Below are positions 54,770 through 64,000 of a DNA stretch of 64,000 nt, piece after piece. The stretch's first letter is position 1. Every line of letters starts with the position of its first letter. Both the position numbers and the translations under genes were made by a program. The stretch is taken from contig OZ059894.1 of assembly GCA_964057225.1 (NCBI GenBank), forward strand, positions 6,076,001 to 6,140,000. The letters run 5' to 3'. Under the pieces are notes generated by a model, which was not told the DNA's origin, made no database searches, and was given only the letters and a program-made list of their open reading frames with translations. The DNA is from Auanema rhodensis (Eukaryota > Animalia > Nematoda).

Positions 54770-56237
54770 CTAATAGAAACTCTTGTAATTACATGAATCA
54801 TGCTGGAATATAGGTTTAACTGGATTAAACTCGAGCATTCGAGTAGGAGGTAGAAAATCTTTCATGAGTGACCTAAATCCCACAGTTTCTCATCACAACA
54901 TAGTAGAACAAAGAGACAACTCACCCGCAAGATACACACGTGGCTGAAAAGGCTAGGGTATTTGTTTGAAGGAAAGTCAGCAAAACAGTGATTTTATTGA
55001 CGCTTCTGCAAAAGTTTAATCACCACATTATGCGGACACAAAGAAAAGAAACCAGCTTACGTTAAGCGTGAGCTTGTTGGAGTGCCCAGCATTCGCGCAT
55101 TTGTGAAATGCCCGATTAGGCGGAATACTTTATATCTAGATTCGCATAAGCCCTCAAATAATAAAAAAGTTTTAATATTCAATAATTATCATTTGAAAAT
55201 ACCGTCTCATTCCATAACTTTTCCTTTGGTGATCCTACTGACAATTGGCACAGGTTCCCGTATTGTACGAACATTGCCGCTTTCATTTGAGGCACAAACT
55301 CTGAATCACTTCGTCTTCCAAGTTCAGCCTAAAGTGAGAAATCAACGAAGTAAATGCCTCTCTGTTACTTCAAGTATATACGACTGGAAACCAAATGGAT
55401 GAAGGAAGATTCTTTGTCGGGAACTTCTTAATTCTCGTTCTTTTGACATTAAATATTTAAAAGCTGCTACGAAATGAGTTGTCGACTGAAGGATTCAGAG
55501 TTCAGATTCTAAAATGAGCGATACCGTACTTCGGACACGTCTGGCTTGCTAGCTTCTCGATTACTATTCATATTATTGATAAAACTATGACTATGAAAAG
55601 GATCATTCCTTGTAATCAAATCAGAACTAGTCGTTCCCAAATTCTAAAAATGGGAAACTAAGAAAAGTAAGTATATGAGCTATATTCGAGCAAGCTCAAT
55701 TGCATACCACTAAAAATTCTTCCGCTTTCATTCGATCAACACTTTCATTAAATAAAGTCAAAACGTCTGGTACTTCCCCTGTCCAAAATAAAGACTGATT
55801 TGTTGAATTTTATACAACAAGACATACCATATTATAAAACATCGTTGAACCTGGATTTTCATTTGATTTATTAGATACAGATTTTGCATATAGTTCAAGT
55901 TGTCTGTAAAATAGTTTTAATTAGTTAGCTGGAACGTGAAACGCACTCATAAATCTTTTCTCCTTCCCGAACAGCCTCTACTGTTTGTTGAGTACTAGAT
56001 AAATCTTTGCTGTCATACATTACACGACGTAATTTTTGAATCAGCAACATAGCTAAGAAGGAAATCTCATATTTACGAAATCTTTATAAGCACACCATTT
56101 TTAGCAAACTGCATTTGAGATATTTGGGGCAAAACTTTGTTAGTTCTTATATTAGTTCCAGGAGTACAGCTGTATGATGTATAAGCATTTCTTTGAACAG
56201 GTCGAAGTACTCGGGCCTTTCTACCATCCGTAGACAT
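54770..56237 (-). CDS. mdt-27: Mediator complex subunit 27
   Basis: Manual splice gives ...ESRYKVFRLIGHFTNARML...AFSATCVSCGSLMKDFLPPTRMLEFNPVKPIFQHDSCNYKSFY, carrying the MED27 C-terminal CxxCG...LPPT...HxxC signature. Some internal exon boundaries are uncertain. Largely missed by the ORF track. Confidence 0.8.
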
Positions 56238-56566
56238 CTGAAGCAGGAACGATTGGCAGTACATGCAAGCAAAACGAGTTGCAACCTAAGCTGCACACAA
56301 GATAACCATGTAAAGAAGAACAGAGAGAAACAAAATAAAAAGTTAATTGAATAATTTAGTAGTTCGTTTAAAGTTATTCGTCACAGTGTTGAGAATCAGT
56401 ACAAGTACAAGAATATAAACCAAAAATATCAAAACAATAATACTAAGTATTTCACGACACAACGATATAGTTAGTGGAATTTGAGTAAGCCGTGATAAAA
56501 AAGATCACCTGAGGGGGGAGAAGCAAACAAAATGTTCAAAAACAGCTTCAGGATATTAATACAAAT

Positions 56567-58791
<2,225 letters not shown>

Positions 58792-58952
58792 TAACCTAAC
58801 AAACAAATTCATTCCCTCGTGCAATATCTTTTTATAATATTTCCATTGGAAAAAACCACAAAGCTAAGAGATGTGATAAACACAACTTTATTGGAATGCA
58901 AAAAAGGAATACGAAATACTATCGGATCTACATTCGCTGGAATGAATTGACT

Positions 58953-59211
58953 CTAGTTCTTCTTAACAGCTTTTCCGGCTTCCCAGGAAGTAACCTGAAA
59001 TAAGCTAGCAAATATAATAAATATTATTTTAATAATCACCTTGAGGGTGGCCTCGGCAGGCTTCTTAGTTCCACTAGCCTTAACGCTGTTACGAGTGACC
59101 TAATGAAGAAAAAATAAAATTGTGAATTACTATTAAAAAAATAAAACTAACTTGAGCAGCAATCTGAGAAAAACGGACGTAGTTAAGTCCAGCGGCTCTC
59201 CAGGCAACCAT
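58953..59211 (-). CDS. hpo-18: Mitochondrial ATP synthase F1 epsilon subunit (53 aa, 3 exons)
   Basis: MVAWRAAGLNYVRFSQIAAQ-VTRNSVKASGTKKPAEATLK-VTSWEAGKAVKKN-TAG. WRxAGLxY.R.S.I.A is the ATP5F1E motif. Not in the ORF track. Confidence 0.92.
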
Positions 59212-59442
59212 GGCTAGTTCTTAAAATATTTAATTTATAATTTAAAATTTGAACTGAATTAATAGTAAATACATCATTATAACATTCATAAGAATAATAA
59301 ATAAAAGTTCAAATACAATATAAAATGTAAATTCTTCAGCAACGTAAGAAGAGAGAACATCAAGACGAGTGAACACTGCAGGACCATTTATGCATATTTT
59401 AGACAGTCCTTTAAAATTTTGAACTCTGTTATTCAACAATAA

Positions 59443-59866
59443 TTATCCTGGAGCTTGCTTCAGGATTTTTCGAACCAAGGAAAATCTGTGAAATTAAAGC
59501 AACGAATAGATTTAAAATAAAATATGATACCCCCTGGCTTCAGATGGTAAAATGTTTTGATTTATTCTGAAAATAATCTGTGAAGACACGCTGAACGGTC
59601 ACCTTACTTGGAAGCGGTAGATACAACGTAATCAATAATTTCCTTCGGCATACTTTGCTCTCTGTGCATGGTTATAGATTCCTCTTGTTTCTGAAAAACT
59701 GGTAGATCTTAGTATTCTTTTCATCATGCTATACTTCCATTTGCATCGAAGCTTTACTCCAACATACCTTTCCATAACTATCATTAGATGTTACTGAAGA
59801 TATAAAATAAATAAAGGAAGGTAAAAATATGATGAGACATATAGCTAGTTTAGTTAAAGGCTCCAT
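59443..59866 (-). CDS. Putative small secreted or single-pass orphan protein (~86 aa, 4 exons)
   Basis: MEPLTKLAICLIIFLPSFIYFISSVTSNDSYGK-KQEESITMHREQSMPKEIIDYVVSTASK-INQNILPSEARG-FSLVRKILKQAPG, with phase-consistent GT-AG introns. Confidence 0.5.
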
Positions 59867-61976
59867 TCTCAAATGAAGTCGGTACTAAGCTTTGAACAAG
59901 TTTCCTTCTCAGTTATGAAGTTGTCAAAACCATATGTTTTAATCACAAACATATCTAACTCTAGTTTTAGTATTACAGTAGATTCATGGCTTCGTAAGCT
60001 CGCAAAGTATCAACTTGTCTATTCGAGTTCCAAATAAAAATTCGTTCGCACTTTTGCTTCTCTGAACATTTCTTTTGAATCATCGTTTGTTCAAGTAACA
60101 TTGAAAATTGTTTACATGCCTTTTTCTAAAAAGTTTAAAAGAGATATAAAGACGTTTTTATAGCATCTCTGATTAACTAATCCTATAGATATTTTATAGT
60201 TGAAGCTAGTATAAGCTTATATTTTAAAATATTATTTTATAGTAGTTTTGCCAGCATGAAATACAGCTTAACGCCGACCTCCCTTAATAATCAAAAAAGA
60301 ATGTGAACGAATTTTTTCCATTGTTTTCATCTGTGAAATAATTGAATGCTCAAAAGTGTAATGTTGAGAAACTATCAGAAAATTTCTAGTATTGCGAACT
60401 ATGGAAATCATAAACAAGTTATAATGGGCATTCAAACTGAATTTGAAGATTTCATCCTTGCTACTCAATATTTTGGAGTAAATGTTGGATAGAAGTCTGG
60501 GTTTTGATGACAGACGTAATGTAATTAAACAGCAATTCTAAAAATAAAAGTATAAAAACTTGAATAGTAGTATTAAAAATCATATTTGAAAATATAACTA
60601 TATTCAACATCCCCTAAAACATTTTGAATTTAAGAAATAGGCCAAGAATTTCCTTTTTTTTTTGAGAAAGTGAAAAAACACATTTTTTACAAGATTAAAA
60701 GATTTCCTCTTTCAGCAATATGGAACAAGGAAAAGTAAATTAATTAACCCGATGTCTGATGTGTTCAGAGTATTTCCGATTAAATCTGATCGCAATTTTA
60801 AAGTATCTATAAAGGTTTATATAGTGATCGGAAGAAGCCACTATGCTATTTCTTCACTTCAAATAGCAAAAGTTACAAAAATAAATAAATATACTGCATT
60901 TGATGAATAACTACAAATCTTCTGATAAACAACAATAATTGAATGTCAATTAATATATTGGCGTAGATATAGATGAGAAAACTAAATGCTTCCACTTTGC
61001 AAATCTTCAATTGTATTAATTGAATATTATTATTATTATTATTATTATCATTATAAAATATAAACATAAAAATATGCACATATATTTATATTTTTCTAAA
61101 TTTGGAAAGCCTACTCATATATGTACATACATATTCTATATTTTTAATGTATATCTGTGTATATTTATTTACACCAAGAAAAGCTTCTTATACTGTGCCG
61201 ACTACACCTGAAAAATTTATGTATGCTTGAGAAAGAGCTGAAAGAATCATGCCCAAAAACAAATCGCATCTTCCTACTTGAATGCGTTCTGTAATTTTGT
61301 ATAGAACGGTGCATTTGAAGAAAGTACAGCTATTATAAGCTGTGTAAAATGACAACAGTAGTACGCTTGAATGCATCCGATTCTAAAAATAATGAAATGA
61401 TTTATTTTAATTGGTTTTTTTATGTATATACGGTAGGTAATATATAAAGCTTCCCATATAGTCTGCATATTTCTTTTATACTTTATTCGTTGCCATTGCC
61501 GTTGCCCATTTTCGAACATCATCGAAGTGGGTGGGTTTAAAAAATGCTTGTACCTTAGTCAAATTCTCCAACTATTCACAAACCTTCCGCCCACTAGGAG
61601 CTAACATCCTTGCGTTCATTTCGTATGCCTGAGCACCCGGAATAAGCTTTTTTCAGAGAATGTAATATTTAAACTTTAAACTCATTCCTTTGGCCCCTTT
61701 CATTGAACTCTCTTGACTTGAGGCAATGTTTAATTTTTATAAAGTACGGCTCCGCCCAGTAATTTGCCTGGAAGCAACGTTGAGGTCTTTGGAATCTTAC
61801 TCTTTGCCCTACAAACTCATTTCGTTTTTGATGTAGAGATACGTTTCGCTCTTCTTGATTCTGCAAATATACTTTTTGATAATCCCACAACTCTCTTTTC
61901 GAGTTCAGCTCACTTTATTCTGTTCTGCTTTTATCGGTATGCGTATCTTTTTCAATATTTTTTTTCTTTTTAGGTA

Positions 61977-62264
61977 ATGAGGTTTATTTTTCTGTTGTTG
62001 ATTTCCATGGGAATTTTAGTTCATATATCAGCAGCATTTTTCCGAGCTAATCAGCGGGTAACTCACTCGAACACAAACATTTATGTATTTTTATTTCTTC
62101 AGGGTATTCCAACTGTGAACATGGACTCTGGTGATATTGAGTGGGTAGCAGTACCCAGAGAAGATGACTCATTTGCCGGAAGGTTTAAATAATATTTTTT
62201 ACTTCACGAATTGATAATTTGAAGATCTCGCTGTGTTTTCTGTCGTAGAGGAGCCTATTCATGA
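61977..62264 (+). CDS. Small secreted peptide precursor (66 aa, 3 exons)
   Basis: Exons 61977-62057, 62103-62182, 62225-62264. Protein MRFIFLLLISMGILVHISA-AFFRANQRGIPTVNMDSGDIEWVAVPREDDSFAGRSRCVFCRRGAYS. ttttag acceptor just before the ATG; AATAAA ~62296. Confidence 0.72.
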
Positions 62265-63684
62265 GCTATATTATACAGATTCTTTTCATTGTTGCAATAA
62301 ATGTTTCGGAAAACTTTTTTACTTTGTTTTGGGTCTAAGGCAAGAATGGTCACAATTCATAGTTTCGATAAATTGCAATCTCTATCATCAGGGTGTGGTC
62401 CATATCCATATTTCCAATGCTCCAGGTAAGGAGTTTGTAATAAATTTTAATATATAACCCTTAAAAAATTCTTTCAGAATTACAATACAACAAGATTGTT
62501 ATATTATTAATTACTAAAAATTTACACAAAAGTTATAAGGAAAAAAAGAAATTGATTGTCATTACCGTAGTCATAAAAGAAGTAAAGTGACATTTAGTCA
62601 GAGTTTTCATATAAATATTTTCATTGATGACTAACTTATTTTTTAAGATATTATGTAACCATTACCTTCAAATCCTCGAAAAAAAAGTTTCCAAATTCTT
62701 ATATTCGTAAAGAACATTCAATGAAGTTTGAGTTCATGCATGTACTTCACCTTTTAACATTTGTATTATTCCTTTCTCATATGAGGGAATTAAATGCCAT
62801 TGTGGGTATAATTTACAATAAAATTTTAGTTTTAAATAAGAATTCGTATGATCAAATACAAAATATTTTCATCTCAATAAATTATACAAACGTTCTCAGG
62901 GATTTCGGTAAAACTTAATGAGCAAAAGATTTAATATTATAATTTGAACTTTAAGGTATAAAACCACTCGTCTGTTTCGTAGAAACATGTTGGAAGCCTG
63001 AACATGTAAGAATATTTCAAATTTTCGTTGAGAATACCAAAGAAGTTCATATATTAATAGATGAGGATCTTGCGTTTGAGTGTGGGGTTCCGAAAAAAAA
63101 ATTATTTTAATGATTAGTATTGAGTATGACTCTTAGTTTTTTCGTTAATCTAACTGTAACAACAAACATTTAAGTGTTGAAAATAAAAATTATTTTTCCA
63201 CCAATTAAATTTATTATCCACTTAAATAAAAACATAATTATCCATATATGTATATAACAATTTATGGAAATTTTTAGATTAAAAATACATATTATTAAAT
63301 TAATATTATAATATTATATCTCAGTTTAAATATATTGGTATTTTAAAATAATAAACGTTTCATCTGACTAAGATTACGTCATATACATCCAACTAATGAA
63401 TTCGTATAATACATAGTACAAATATCTTTGAAAACATGCTTTTAGCACTTCCTCAAGTGATGAAAACAAACATTTCTAACGACTGTTTGATGTGTTTATA
63501 TTTTTATTCGATACAATAAAAATAAATGATTAAAAAGTTACTAATAAACACAAGATGAAGATTACCAATGTATGTATGTATGTATATCGTATTCTGAATA
63601 AGTTTGAAACTGCATGAGTGATCAGTGATCAAAACTTGAATACAAAGAAACCCGTAAAAGAACAATAGACGATAATGGAACATG

Positions 63685-63924
63685 TTAACGTCTTCCAAAA
63701 ACTCCTCCTATACCAGTCATTAGGAGTCCTTCTGCAGCTCCTTTCCAGAACTTCTTTATTGGACCTTCCGATCTTTCCAAACGTGGTCCATAAGAGGGCA
63801 TACCACCATACCCATTCATGGGCATATATGGCTGAATTGGCACATTAACTGCTGCAGGATAGTAAGATGGATACTGCATAACTGGAGATACGCCACAGGA
63901 AATACATCCTTGAGATCCATACAT
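63685..63924 (-). CDS. Terminal exon of a Tyr/Gly/Pro-rich peptide precursor (5' end probably outside the window)
   Basis: ttctaatag acceptor, then MYGSQGCISCG...YGGMPSYGPRLERSEGPIKKFWKGAAEGLLMTGIGGVFGRR-TAA. Confidence 0.65.
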   Translation of the reverse strand: MYGSQGCISCGVSPVMQYPSYYPAAVNVPIQPYMPMNGYGGMPSYGPRLERSEGPIKKFWKGAAEGLLMTGIGGVFGRR

Positions 63925-64000
63925 CTATTAGAAATTAGAAATTAATACGTAATAGGATATAAAAGATAATTGTGAGTGTTATCATACAAACCTGAGTATT

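Overview
AT-rich, intron-dense eukaryotic DNA from a rhabditid nematode. Most introns are ~42-50 nt with TTTCAG/TTTTAG acceptors, and several ATGs sit just after a trans-splice-type acceptor. I assembled 16 multi-exon gene models by hand. Well-recognised genes: an SLC23 transporter, egl-3/PC2, a divergent Cys-loop channel, a GH19 chitinase, a ~19-module Cys-rich (ET-module-like) surface protein, a C-terminal-only URB1, alh-4/ALDH3, eRF1, cytochrome b5 reductase, inx-10, mdt-27, figl-1 and ATP synthase epsilon. The rest are small orphan genes that the ORF track misses or fragments, plus one partial gene at the right edge. Gene content matches my recollection of several C. elegans chromosome V neighbourhoods. 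The most striking observation is at the 3' end of the eRF1 gene: its own stop is a leaky-type UGA-C, a GC-rich long-range stem-loop starts ~8-12 nt downstream, and the frame stays open for 81 more codons. That is the architecture of programmed stop-codon readthrough and suggests an autoregulatory termination-factor sensor. Other highlights are a GC-AG donor giving alh-4 three alternative C-terminal tails, a Cys-loop receptor with a displaced loop cysteine and an unusual pore motif, and unannotated microproteins. All models are manual; no searches or folding were run.
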